From Takakia lepidozioides (lineage: Eukaryota; Plantae; Bryophyta): DNA of 64,000 bases. The notes beneath the pieces are model-generated. The model saw only the letters and a program-made list of their open reading frames with translations, had not been told where the DNA came from and did not search any database. Each line of letters starts with the position of its first letter. The stretch's first letter is position 1. Positions 1-12,389 of this stretch are shown piece by piece. A program made the translations under genes and the position numbers. The stretch spans positions 44,206,001-44,270,000 of the forward strand of contig CM060731.1 in assembly GCA_030704615.1 (NCBI GenBank), written 5' to 3'.

Positions 1-230
1 CTTGCCCCGCTAGCTGACTCTGGATATCCTACTAGTCCAGGGACTCCACATTAACGCTTCCCCTCCCACTGCCCCTTCCAGAGCCATTACCATACATTTC
101 ATAGAATTTGCATACTGCCATGACCGCTTTCCAAGCTCATCTATCCTCGAAAAATGCCAAAAATATGCATAACTTATCATTGTTATCCGCCGGCGAGGCT
201 GGGTCACACGCTTATTGTCATCTCTGCGAG
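1..230 (+). mobile_element. RLE-type non-LTR retrotransposon remnant (Dualen/RandI-like), restriction-like endonuclease region
   Basis: Translates as LDILLVQGLHINASPPTAPSRAITIHFIEFAYCHDRFPSSSILEKCQKYA*LIIVIRRRGW, colinear with the RLE fragment at ~59350-59700 (-). Confidence 0.7.
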
Positions 231-1102
231 AGAGAGACTTAAGCGGCGAATTTCGAAGCTCAAGGATCTATTGAATCGAGACAATTTAAATTTCAGATCT
301 GCTTAATGCATAGTTGCGCCCCTTATGATAGTATCTTCTTGAATGTATTGGGGCATCTTAACGGTTGTCCCCTCTTTATACACTATGTCATAAAGTATGG
401 TGGTTGCTCCAAATCTAAAATTACATTACTTATATATCAGAATATGATCTAAAATTACATTACTTATATATCAGAATATGTTATGTAGAAATGGTGAAAG
501 GTATTTGATCCAACACTTCAGTATTTTATGCAATCAAAATTTGTAGATCACTTCGTTGTATTAGAATTATGTCCATGATAGGAGCTATAAAGGTGGCTTT
601 ATGGTGCTTTCATGGCTGCAATAGGAGATGTGGTTTGATCCATAGTGGGTAAGAAAGTGGCTTTAATAGAGCGCATTTGCATGGCAAATATGAGGTATCT
701 TGCTATGGTAGGGCCCTCTACCCTAGGCACTTGGCTACCGCCTCGTGCGAGGCGGTAGCCCTCATTTTAGGAAGGAGGCCGCCCTCCTGGGGCCTCACCC
801 TGCCATGTACAGTCAACCCTATTTTACTATTACCTGCTTATGTGATATTTCACTGTAAATGTTATGGTTTTGATACTCTGGAAAAAATACACTAGAAAGC
901 ATGTCAAGAATGTTAAATGGTTAATTGTTATTTTATCCTACTCTTCATAATGTTACACCTCCATACTAGTTAGATTCCATAAAGAGACGTCCCCAAAATA
1001 GAGCATCCATTCATGCCTTTCTTTTTTCTCCTGAAGTCACAAACTGGAAAGTGATGGCTCTCATTAAAGGCCGCAACAGTGAGTTATGAGGATAGAAGAT
1101 AG

Positions 1103-2188
1103 TGTAGACCAGAACACTGATTGGTTATTACTTAAGACGGCTATGGCGCACGTAGTGCAGATTCCCCATAGCTTTTGGGGTGTGCTTGGCTTGACTTGTA
1201 ATGCATGAGTGATGGTGTCTAGTTTTTATTAATCACTTGAGAGAGATGACCTTGCATCATTAGTGCGAGATGTGAGTTTTTAGTTAAGCACTGTTTACTT
1301 TGAAGCGGTTGCCGTTGTAGTGTTTATTTTGGGTTAATCGGACATTGAAGCTGAGAATAGTCCAGCGATGGAAGACTGGTTGTCCCCCAGTAGAGTGATG
1401 AAAACAGTCCAGCCATTAGACCATGCACATGGAGCAAAGGCATCACAACAAGCAATCTATCAATTGGGTAAGTGGCCGCAATATGCTGAAGTGAGGATGT
1501 CAGGTTTGCCTGCATAAGAGCCTGAAAATGGTCGGTCACCTTTGGCTGGTGATTTGCGTGGGTGCAAGGAAATGGGTGGGATGAGCTACCAGGTACACCA
1601 TCCATGGTTCTTCAATGGAGTTGGGCCTAAGGCCTGAAGCATTTCGGCATGAGCTGATGGGCTGGTTGAACACCAAGCCTGTGGCAAGGAAGGAGGTGCT
1701 GGATTTTTGTTTTTAGTCAGGATTTAAGAGAGCTGATATTCTTGGGCAGATGCAGTAAGTTGGCAGTTAGGCCTGCATGAAGCAGTGCATTTGCTTGGTC
1801 TGTTTCAGCCTAAGTTTAAGCCCAACTGTGACATCGGGTTTTAACCATCAACAACTTGAATGTGGGAGAACGTGTTCAATTAACTGGCTGGCTGAAATGT
1901 GATTTTTAAGCATGATGACCGCATGGGAGAAGGCATCAAAACAATAGGGCTGGAGCGACTGATATTGACATGGCTGACATCAGGTCTCATGGAGTGTGAT
2001 GAACACAGGGTATGCCCAGCAAGGTTGTGAATGCAGTTTTGCCACAAAAATCCATAGTGTCATTTTGTGAGGTTCAAGCTGCCATTGACACTTTACATTA
2101 ATATCTTGCGCAGCAAAACACCGTTGCTAGTGCGTGTCTTAGCAATCCAGAAGGAAGTGATTTTAGCTAGGGACTCTACCTGTCGACA
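1103..2188. repeat. LTR-like repeat related to the repeat starting at ~60814
   Basis: Ends TGTAGAC...GTCGACA. 1140-1270 resembles 60915-61085 (gctatggcgc..gtagtg..gattccccat..cttggcttgacttgta). No TSD found. Confidence 0.35.
1390..1520 (-). pseudogene. Fragment of oxalate-CoA ligase/peroxisomal acyl-activating enzyme (AAE3/PCS60-like)
   Basis: LMQANLTSSLQHIAATYPIDRLLVVMPLLHVHGLMAGLFSSL matches the NL.SS..I..Y...D...V.PLFHVHGL.AGL.SSL signature. It is an isolated fragment. Confidence 0.65.
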
Positions 2189-2744
2189 AACCAGCATTCT
2201 TTCATATTTTCAACCTACTCAATGAATAAATGTTATCTTTCATTGGTATGACCTTGTTTACTGTGCCTCTTGTAAATATTAACTTATGAAAATTTGCCCT
2301 GCCTTCTGGTTATTTGTGATACATGGCTATCTGTTAGAAAATTCATACTCTAGAGGCCTAACCTTAAAGCAGGGTTGACTGTATGGAAAAAGAGGTAACC
2401 TCATTACCCGGGTCCACGATCCCAGGAATGGTCTAATGCGGCACTTTTTCTTTTCCTTATAAGACCTTTATGAGGGTTCGACTCCTCAAGGGACCCACGT
2501 GGACCCACGTGCACGGGCCTGGCCTTAGCCCCAAAGTCCCTCAACGGAGCAAGTCCACCCTCCTTTGCCATCCGGTCCACGTCCCCACAGTAACACCCAT
2601 AGAGTCCGCCCTACCCTGTACAATTTCAATTGTTTTTGAGTTTTTTCAACTCCAGAAGCACATTATTTATTCAGCACTATGTATCACGATTTCCAAGATT
2701 TGAACCCCATACAGGGAATTCCAAAAAGGCCTTGATGTGAAATG

Positions 2745-3790
2745 CATTGCAATTCACTTGATCACCCCCCTAAAAGTGCGCAATTCAATTGAACTGCTAA
2801 AACTAGCTTGAAAACAACCCTAATTTGCAATTCAATTGAATTGTCGGCACACGATTCAATTGAATTGCTGACTACAATTCAATTGAATTGTAATCTATAA
2901 TTTTTAACTTATTTCTGTATATATTGTATATATATGTACATATTTAAATTATACATATATGCATACAAAAGTATAAGCTAAAAATACATGTTGCCCGTCT
3001 ATTCTTGCCGTCCGTCTCTCAATCCTTTGCCCATGGTAAGGCTTGAGCCCGAGATAAGCCTAAGGGTGGGCGAGAGAGGGATTGAGAGAGAGGAAGTCAC
3101 GAAGCGCTTGTAAAAGCGGGATTGTCCCTTTTTGTGGATGTTGGTGCCAATATATGGCTATGTACATATACCAAACATGATACCAATGTAAGAGTATCAA
3201 CGTGTAAGAGTTTGATATATTAAACTTTATAGAAACACACATCCCAACTTCAATATGATACCTTTGTAAGGGTATCGAAACAATATTATTTTTGATAATT
3301 CTCAAGATGAACATATCATTTGTTTTCTTTGTCCTGGGCCAGATACTAGTGTTAGGGGACTACATGATGATGCAGGGGAAGCCTTTCATCAATTGTCAAG
3401 ATTGATTTTGTCTGTTTCTTTCAGAGCCAACCATGTTTCTTTTGTCAGTGAATCACAGGAAGCTACTGATCTCTCTGGCTCTCTCTTTCTTGCTGAGGCT
3501 GAGGGTGAGGCTGGCTTCACAACTCCACAATTTCCTCAAGGGCACAAGAAAGAGGGGCAGCAAGAATAGACGGGCAACATGTATTTTTAGCTTATATTCT
3601 TATATGTGTATAAGTATAATTTGAATATATACATATACATATATATTATATATTATATACAGAATTGAATTGTAGTCAGCAATTCAATTGAATCGTGTGC
3701 CGACAATTCAATTGAATTGCAAATTAGGGTTATTTTCAAGCTAGTTTTAGCAGTTCAATTGAATTGCGCTTGCAATTCAATTGAATTATT
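2745..3790. mobile_element. Foldback/MULE-like non-autonomous element with long inverted arms
   Basis: 2778-2890 is the near-perfect reverse complement of 3661-3768, and 2961-3009 of 3556-3606. The arms are built from the palindrome CAATTCAATTGAATTG. Confidence 0.7.
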
Positions 3791-4059
3791 GGCCCATGTG
3801 TGAATAATTGAAATCTATGCAATCTTCTATTCATGTATCCAAGTGCATCTCCCATGTAGAGGCCCAAGTGTGACCTCAAGTGTCCCACCGTGGAATCTCC
3901 AATGTAGGGAGATCTCTATGTCATTGCCCACTTTGCTATTTTTGCAATCTCCCATGTCGAGGCTTCATATATTGATATATCTATTTTGCTATTTTTTTTG
4001 CGAATTTCCAGCGACCAAAAGTATTTGAAATTCAAGATTGGGAAAGCCCACTTTGCTAT

Positions 4060-4290
4060 TTTTCTCAAATTTCCAACGACCCAAAGCACTTGAAATTCCA
4101 GATCTCCCACACCGTTGGTCCAAAAATCATGAGACCAAGCTGGTGCACTCCTCCTCACCGAGGGCTTTTCAACGACATCAAGCACCCGCGCTGGCCCGTG
4201 GTTTGGGAGATCTCCCCGACGCTACAAAACAAAACAAACAAAACAAACTCAACGTGACAAAACAAAACAAAACAAAACAAAACAAACGTC
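4060..4290. repeat. Dispersed repeat (other copies 27725-27835 inverted, 46130-46185)
   Basis: Shared motif gtggtttgggagatctc...caaaacaaacaaac; gagggctttyca also shared with the 27.7 kb copy. Confidence 0.6.
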
Positions 4291-4602
4291 TCGCTTCATA
4301 TATTGATATGTATATATATAAAGGGGAAGAAGCCCTCCGATTCATATTAGAAAGATATATTGATAATGAGAAGCTCTACATATTACCATATATACCATAT
4401 ACTATATTATTCATATAATTCTTACAGCACATATCTCATGTATTCTTCTGATATATATGTAATCATTTTTCCTTCTATCAGGGTTTTTGTTTTGCCACAC
4501 AAAACCACTAGTAAAGTTCAGGAGTTTAGTATTTAAATAGTAGTATTGTTTGTCGTCTAGCGACAAAATATAAAACTCCAAATGGTGGACTTGATACGTA
4601 CG

Positions 4603-4718
4603 TTAGGCACAGTCCCATGGAGGTGGAGACCAGGTCTGACAGAGGTGGTATGTGAGGGAGTTAGGCACAGTCCCATGGAGGTGGAGACCAGGTCTGACAG
4701 AGGTGGTATGTGAGGGAG
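4603..4718. repeat. Perfect 58-bp tandem duplication
   Basis: ttaggcacagtcccatggaggtggagaccaggtctgacagaggtggtatgtgagggag occurs twice. Confidence 0.9.
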
Positions 4719-5637
4719 ATACATATGAACAGGATGGATTGCGGAGTGCGCACCAACGCCTGCTGTTTCCCAACACGACCCAGTCCACAATGGTAGGGAG
4801 TTGCTGATATGGCGGGCGATTCCCCTCAAAGAAAAAAAACTGGGTTGCATCAAATATCAAAAATAAAGCTTCTAAATTTTCATAAGGTCCTGCCGGAATT
4901 CCCGGGGAACCTGTAGATACCTCCGCGACGAAAAAAGGTTGCCACAAGCTTTTAACAATATGGCTGTGATCTGTCATGGACGGTTCTAGAACTGCTAGCC
5001 CCACCGGTCCAGAAGCTTCTCCAGAGGAATCTATGCGCGTGGAGCGACGTCATGGCTCACCACTGATGAGCCGAGAGTGAGCACGTTTATTGCATTTGCA
5101 ACTTACTTACCTGCACATTGAGCTTGGATGGCTTAATTTGGTCTGTTTTGCTGAATGTTTTGGCGAATCAGGTGTATGTAGGGGAAGCCCATGACATTCC
5201 ACGATTTTCTGGCGGCCAGCCTCGTGCTAATGCCCGAGGGCAACGGCCTTCCCGAACGTGAAGAACTCCGGATCACAGGTTAAGAGCTCAGGACCCTTCG
5301 TTCCCTTCCGACCATTCCCTATCGGTATGCAGAATAGGCCGGGCCCGCTGATTCCATGCGGCAATGCTGTGAGGGATCGTAAAGTGCCCAGAATTTCCAA
5401 GGTCCCTCCCTGAGGGGACTCAATATGCCTCGAAATACTCCCGATTTCCAAATTGGAGGAACATTATGCAGATTGGATGAAAATTCTGTGAGCCATTCTT
5501 CAGGTTCGGGAAGGCCCATGCGCTCCTAACCTTAACCTGCCCTAGTTTGATTTTCTTAAAAAAGAAAGACCCCTGCAGTGGAAAAATGGTGTCACTTTTA
5601 GAAAATTGATTTTTTAATGAAATTGATGGCACATTAA

Positions 5638-6390
5638 AGTTATCCGTTAAGTGACCATCCCTTCCGCCCCTAATACATCCCCACTACACCTCTCATGGGC
5701 ACTTTGCGCCTATCGAGGAAATCATGCAGATAGAGTACCAAAAGAAGAACTGGGGCCGGCAGCGGCCCCACAGGTTTCCCTTAAGTCAGATTGGGTCCCG
5801 CCCCAGCCTCCCTGCCTACCTGCTTCCTTTCACGTCATGCCACGTACCCCCAGAGAAAAGCCTAAAAGCAAATGCAGAATGAAACTTAGAATGAAACTCA
5901 TTTTGATGCTACCGTACTTACCTAGCTTATTAGGCAATAATTAATTCAAAATCAAGTGCCTAATTAAATTTAGAACATTTTTGGAAAATGTGCCTAAAAC
6001 TTGGAAAAAATTCCCTAATTGCTTAAAAAAATGTTTTTATATTTTTTGAAAAACAAATTACCTCAACAATAGGTTTTGAGGGAGGTAAAAAACAATTGTT
6101 CATTTTATCTAGGATCGACTGTAATACATGCCTAATGTTTGGAATTACCCAGGTGAGGTGCCTAAATAATAAAAACGAATCTGCTTAATAATATTCCATT
6201 TTTATTAATTATTAGGCGAGGAAGTGCCTAATAAGCTAGGTAAGTACGGTATTTTGAGTTTGGTCATGTCTTTTTTTCGCTTGTATTATAATCCCATGCT
6301 CTTTTGACATTTATTGCACTTCAACCTCTCTCTTGGCCAAACTGCCTAACTCACCTCCCAATGCCCATCCACTGGACTTAACGGATAACT
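5638..6390. mobile_element. Non-autonomous TIR element with TTAA target duplication (Kolobok- or piggyBac-like)
   Basis: TTAA|AGTTATCCGTTAAGT ... ACTTAACGGATAACT|TTAA, a perfect 15-bp TIR. Confidence 0.6.
5912..6249. mobile_element. Tc1/mariner(pogo)-type MITE nested in the TTAA element
   Basis: Perfect 25-bp TIR CCGTACTTACCTAGCTTATTAGGCA flanked by TA on both sides. Confidence 0.8.
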
Positions 6391-7428
6391 TTAATTTGTG
6401 CGTATCTTCCTCTGCACCCACTTGCCAATTTCCATTGCAATGCCCCAAAGCAACACTGTTCAATGCGAGATCGATTATTGGAGAAACGTAGCATTTTTTA
6501 AAGATTTGAGTGATAGGATCAACTTCAATTGAAGTGCAATTTGGTAGGCTTCATCCTTTTTGGATCCCTCATCCAACAAGCCAAAAACCATCCAATTTGG
6601 CCAACACATCTAGTGTTGCCACTTGGTCAAACATGATCAGATCCCTTAATTATAACTCTCTCACACACACACACACACACACGTGTCGTGTGAAGAAATA
6701 TTCACATAAAAAACAGAATTACCTTCATCAAAACCTAACCCCCTTCCTTGAGTGATGAGATTAACTTGAAATTAGGGCAATCAATTGCCCTATACCGGTA
6801 GTGCACGACAGGCCCCTTGATAGCACTAATTTCATACAATTTGAAGCAAATCTGTAAACGCAATTTACGTATAAGTGGGGCCTGAACCCATTTCGGGTAT
6901 GTTGGGCGTTTAAGGGTTAAAATTTGCACATAGTCATATAGTGCGGGACCTTTCTAGAAGGTTGCCCCACATGTGTCACCCCTAGAAACCACCACTTGAC
7001 ACCTATACACTAGCTACCTCAAACAAAAAACCCTAGACCACAGCACTAACCCATGCACTCTGGACCTTTCACCAATGAATTGCCTTGGGTACATATTTTC
7101 CTCAGAGTGCATGGGTTAGTATTTTTCTCTTAATTAATATAACTATGGTTCATGTTTATGTCTTTTTTTTGGCCCTACGTGTGCATAGCCTAGTAAAGTA
7201 GGTACTAACTTAGTAAATAAATAGGTAAATAAACTTGGGGGGCTTATTAATAAGTAAATTACATTTACTTGCTACTTACTTAAGTAAGTAAGTTAATAAT
7301 AAATAAATAAGTTTGCGATATTTATTAATAAGTCCCCAAGTTAGTAAGTAAGAAGTTAGTAAGTAAGAAAGCTGTCGCCTTCCTAACTTTGGTTTTTTTT
7401 GGGGATCCCCTTAGAAAGGGGTTATTTC

Positions 7429-7992
7429 TAGTGTTGTATCTTAGGTCCAACTTGGGTAGGGGCCCTGTAGATCAGGACCGATAGGTTTTATGATGGGTAT
7501 GGGTATTTCCAATTTTGAGATACCTGGTCTTAGGCATGGGTATGGCAAAAAACTCAAATGACATATTGGTGCAGCATGTATAATGGTGGGATATACCCCA
7601 ACATTCATCATACTCCATTCAAAGCTGAAAATAAAAACCAGATTGAGGGCAACATACAAAAGGTTAAAAAAAATTGGAATCACAAAGCCGATATGCTCAA
7701 TCTTTTGCGCCTCCCCATATCAAAGATTCAGCCTCAAAAATAACACCTTCCCATAACATGGCGCACCCTAACGCCATAACTGCTACCCCTCCTATCTTGA
7801 GTACTGTTCGTAGTATTGCTCCGCCAGATACTATGACTGGTATGATATTAGTTTGGATATTAGTTTGGGTATGTTTGGAACCTAAACCCTAAGTTCTACG
7901 CAAACTGGTGTATAAGCTGCATGACACACCAGCCGGGTTGGCTCTTGCATACCCTTGCACATACCCCCACCCGACTGACCAGTACAACATTG
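7429..7992. mobile_element. hAT-type MITE A
   Basis: Termini TAGTGTTGTA...TACAACATTG; 8-bp TSD GTTATTTC at 7421-7428 and 7993-8000. Confidence 0.75.
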
Positions 7993-8000
7993 GTTATTTC

Positions 8001-8773
8001 CAGTGTTGGCTGGGTATCACATTTTGGGCATATTGAAGGGTCCGGGTAAGGCATATTCATTTAAAGTGGTATGGAGGCGGTTATATATAATATAGTGGTT
8101 CAAAAATTAAGTCGGTTACAGGTTATCAATAGAAGGGTCCCCCAGAAAAGTGTCTCGGTTATCAATATGCCGGTTATCCAAGTGGAAGACTACCGGGTAC
8201 CTATATTACGGTTATCAATAGTGGTTTTATTTTTTATTTATTTTTCAAAAAGGGAAACATCTGGCTCACAAATTAGGCCCTGTGAGAGGAGAAATTGATA
8301 ATAAGGACAGTCATGTCCTTATTATAAGCCTCTTACCCTCCTCTTTATATATATATTTCAATAGGACCAGAAAATAATAGTAATAATAAAGAGACAAAAC
8401 ACAGATCAGAAACCTTAATGGAGGGATGAGAGAATTGATTGAAAAGATGTCAATGGCGGCGTGGGAGAGCATACATGCATTCTTGCATGGCGGCGAAATC
8501 AAATCAGTTGAAAGCATTTCTCTTGGACCCTGCACCTGCATTAGCTAGAACCGCCTCTACGCCATCCTCACTTGCTCCAGATCTCACTCCGGGTATAACA
8601 CCCTTACAATCACGATGCCCGGTTCTCTAGTCGGTTAGCAACCTCGATGGCCTTTGCCGATTCCCTTCCATAGCCGGGTCCCTGCGGGCTGCACTTTCCG
8701 GTTATGCACGTATGCATAACCAGCAAATAACCGCCGGGTATGAATGTCTAAATGCCATACCCGGCCAACATTG
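8001..8773. mobile_element. hAT-type MITE B
   Basis: TIR CAGTGTTGGCTGGGTAT / ATACCCGGCCAACATTG; TSD GTTATTTC at 7993-8000 and 8774-8781. Confidence 0.8.
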
Positions 8774-9054
8774 GTTATTTCTTCAAATCATTCTCTAGCT
8801 TATTGTATATACCCTTTTATTAGTTGCTAGTCCATCCTCAAATGGACACCGAGGGCCATGCAAACTTTGGGGGCTTAGAGTAGTAGTAAGTAAGTTTGCA
8901 TGCAGTAAGTTGTATTTATCAATAAGTCCACCAAGCTAGTAAGTAAGTAAGCTGTCGCCTTCCCATCGTTTTTGTTTTGGATCCCCTTACAAATGGGTTA
9001 TTTCTTCAAATCCTTGTGTAGATTACTATATATACTCCTTTTTAGTTCTTGGAC

Positions 9055-9807
9055 CAATGTTGCAAGGATATTTGATTATGCCTCAAACCCCCCGGCTGAG
9101 TCATATATATGTGGATCTGCCGAAGGTCAAAAAATCAAACATCCGTCTCCCTTAAGAACCGCCGGATATGAGCAAATGAGATAACCAGAAGCAGTTGGAA
9201 CCGGTGACTTTTTTTCTTTTTTTATTGCTTTGAACAGGAGCTAGTGGTCTAAAGAAGCACGTTATGAACCCATATATCTGGCATTTAAAACCGCTGTTAT
9301 TGTGTTCCCTCGACATAAACTAGTCATGAGCTGGCCTTGTCTACATTTGAGGGGGCACACATATATATTTATAACTTCATATTTAGGATGCATTTCCCAT
9401 TTTCTGAGATTTGAATGGACGCTCGCAATATAAAATATCTCTTCTATGTTCTAACCTAATAATTGTAACTTTTAATTAGTATTTTTAATCCATTATATTT
9501 TTGAATTTTGGATTATTATATTTTATTAAAATAAACTTGATAACCGGATACTGAACCGCCAGATGTCATCCCCATATAAATTCCATTTGTCCATAACCGC
9601 ATAGGGTTAAATTCTGTATTCGTTACAAACAGGCATGATATCAAACCACGGTGTGGTGTGGTGTGTCATGAAGGTGTCCACCTTTCAGCTCGAAGGCAGG
9701 AGCCCTTGTAGGTGAAGTGACACCATAAGTTACGCTCCCTTCACGAGTCATACTTTACTTTACTTTCGCTAACCAATATAAAGAAATCAAATAACCACAC
9801 AACATTG
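9055..9807. mobile_element. hAT-type MITE C
   Basis: Termini CAATGTTG...CAACATTG; degenerate 8-bp TSD TCTTGGAC/TCCTTGAC. An uninterrupted paralogous site lies at ~10286-10320. Confidence 0.6.
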
Positions 9808-10929
9808 TCCTTGACCATCCTCAAATGGACAGGGCCCACGGAAACTTGGGGATTATTGCTACAGTGATGCCCTTATTCAGCTTACATAGGGCCCACCCCG
9901 AAAGGGCCATAGCTGTACGGCGAAGTGGCTCTTAGTTACCGGCCAAAGTCTTCTCTACCTTCAGCTTATTGTCTTTATTAATTAATACATTCATGTTTGC
10001 GGTTTTTTTTAGGCCCTACGTGTGGAGAGCCCACTACTTACTAACTCAGTAAATAATAACTTAGTTAGTAGTAAGAGGCAGGGGGCTTCACTTTATATAC
10101 CCTCTCAGGGCGGTGGGACCGTTTTAGAAGGCCCTGGGACACATGTCACCCTAGAAACCTTCTTACCCAAATTTTACTCTGAACCAGCCCCAATTTAATA
10201 CCTCTCACCTTCCTACCTTCTTTTTACTTACCCCCTGACGATTATTAATGCAAATCCTTGTTTAGCTTACTATAACCCCCGCTTTTTAATTCTTGGACCA
10301 CTCTCTAATGGATAGGGCCCACCCAAAACTTGGGAGGCTAAGTAGTAGCCCTAGATACTCGGCAAAGGGTTTTTGTCATTGAGACTTTTTACGAACCCAT
10401 TCACCATTTGAGAGATAGGTATTGCATGAACTTTTCAGTTCTCATTCACATGCTCGTGGTGTTTTAGAAGTTTGTTTCTCATGTCCCAATCCATTCATAA
10501 GTACAAATATTTATTGGCCCTACCTTAGTAAGGTAGGATGGGTTTTGATTCTTAGCACTGATACTCTAGGTTAAGTTTCAAATTAGTTCAGGAGACAGGT
10601 GCAGATGGAATATTTCATCCATATTGACATTTGGATGAAATATCTAAACAGGATGTAGTTCATTGGTTAAGTAGACTTAGACAAATGCACAAATGATACC
10701 TGTTGCAAAAATTCTGGCATATGTTTGTTTGTTTGTTTTTGTTTTTTTTTTTGGGTTTTTTTAAGGGAAACCTGGTCGGAGCGATAGATAGCCCATTTTG
10801 CTTTATCATATAAGATTTCAAGTTGATGGTTTGAGCTTGTCCTCGGGTCTGAGCTGAGTGATTATTGATTAACTTACCCTTCTAAGAAAAACAATTGGCA
10901 CCTCCCCAAGGAAGAAGGGTAAATTACCA

Positions 10930-11045
10930 TGTCTCTTGTCTCTTCATCCTGAGGGACTCCTGCCTTCCACCGGAAATTGGACACTTCGAACCCTAGGCTA
11001 TTCACAGGCAAGGCACAAAGCCCCAACCACTAGGCTACCTGCTCT
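10930..11045 (-). mobile_element. tRNA-derived SINE head
   Basis: Minus strand reads GGTAGCCTAGTGG (A box) ... GGGTTCGAAG (B box). No full cloverleaf. Confidence 0.5.
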
Positions 11046-11184
11046 AGTGCTACCTTCCTCAAAATCGTTCTCCATTTTTTTTTCTTTTCTTAAATATATG
11101 TTTTTTTCTTTTTCATTCTCTTCTAATTCTCCCAATTCCTTGGTGTATGATATTTCAAATACATTTTTTTCTTTTTTCTTAAAA

Positions 11185-11420
11185 TAAAGGGAAACACCTG
11201 GGAGCGACAGCTCACAACTCAGGCCCCTTAATAATATAGTGAGAGGAAAGAATAACCTCTTTCAGAGCAACCCCTTGCCTTGAAGGCTTTCACAAGGGAC
11301 ACCGTCCAAGGGAAGGGGGAGAAGATCATACTACCACAGCCATCAAGGTAGCTGGACTTGACCCAGTATCATCTGGGTGGCACTGATTTCACTATCAAGG
11401 GATTTAAATAGGTTGGTCAC
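11185..11420 (-). mobile_element. Degenerate SINE with retroposon tail GTGAGCTGTCGCTCCC
   Basis: The tail is shared with copies at ~8250, 12140-12180 (+) and 48400-48440. A degenerate B box (GGGTCAAGTCC) is present. Confidence 0.4.
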
Positions 11421-12389
11421 TCAATAATATCGCCTTTATGGCCTTCCTAGGTGGTTATTTTTTCCACCTGTTGTCATATTTCTTTTTAATTAATTTGAGT
11501 AAAAGAGCCTCCGTCCCTCCGTCCCCTTTCTCTTAAAAATAAATAAATAAAAATAATATCTGGGCTAGATTTGAATATACACATATAAACGGAACAGATG
11601 CCCTTTTTTTCCTTTTGAAAAAAAAAGAACAGGGGGACAGAGGCCCTGGATACTTTATGCCCTTTTCAATTTTGATCAACATAAAAATAACTAAATAAAT
11701 TTTTGCCCCCCAAATTTTAGTGTTCCCAGGCCCTGTCCCCTGTTTTTCCTTAAAAAATCCTCTCAGGTTAGAATCTGTTGTTTACTATTGTTTGTAGTCT
11801 GCCCTGGATAAAGGTCACCCCTATAAACGTTAGACTACCATAAACGTTAAGAAAATCTTACTCACCGTCGCCTAGGCTGCCCCATGCGGCCTCATTACCA
11901 GGAGGCCGCACAAAATTCAGAGGCGGGCAGTGTACGTAGTGGCGTTGAGATACGACGGCGGCTGACACACACGGGGGCTGCTTGACTTTCATACGCTCTG
12001 ACCTAGTGACTGTGAGGCGGGCCCGGTCAAACCAGCGAGGTGACTAAAATATGAATTGCTACCAACACTCGGTAGCTCAGTTCGGAAAGGTCTGTAGAAA
12101 ATAGTGCCGAAAGCCAAGGCGGCAGAAGGATCACTTTGATTTGTGAGCTGTCGCTCCCTTTAAAAAACAAACGAAAAAAAAATTGCGAGGATATAAAGCA
12201 AAGACTTCTTCACATCTGGGAAACAAGTGAGAGTTCTCGTGCTCTGAGGAATCGCAGGTGCCGTAGGCCAGGCGCAGAAGACGCTGTCGGAGATCACCCT
12301 ATAGATGCTTGTGACCAGTTTGTAGAGTGGGAGAACACAACCGGCGGATAGAGCTCTATGGGTGGAGATTAGAGGGGAGAGAATTCAAT

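Larger units (their letters stand above)
810..2381. mobile_element. Tc1/mariner-type non-autonomous element (TA TSD) carrying an internal insertion
   Basis: TIRs CAGTCAACCCTATTTTA / TAAAGCAGGGTTGACTG flanked by TA (808-809, 2382-2383). Confidence 0.6.

Noticed and set aside
10930-12180. tRNA genes
   Set aside because: A/B-box-like motifs are present without a cloverleaf, so they were treated as SINE heads.
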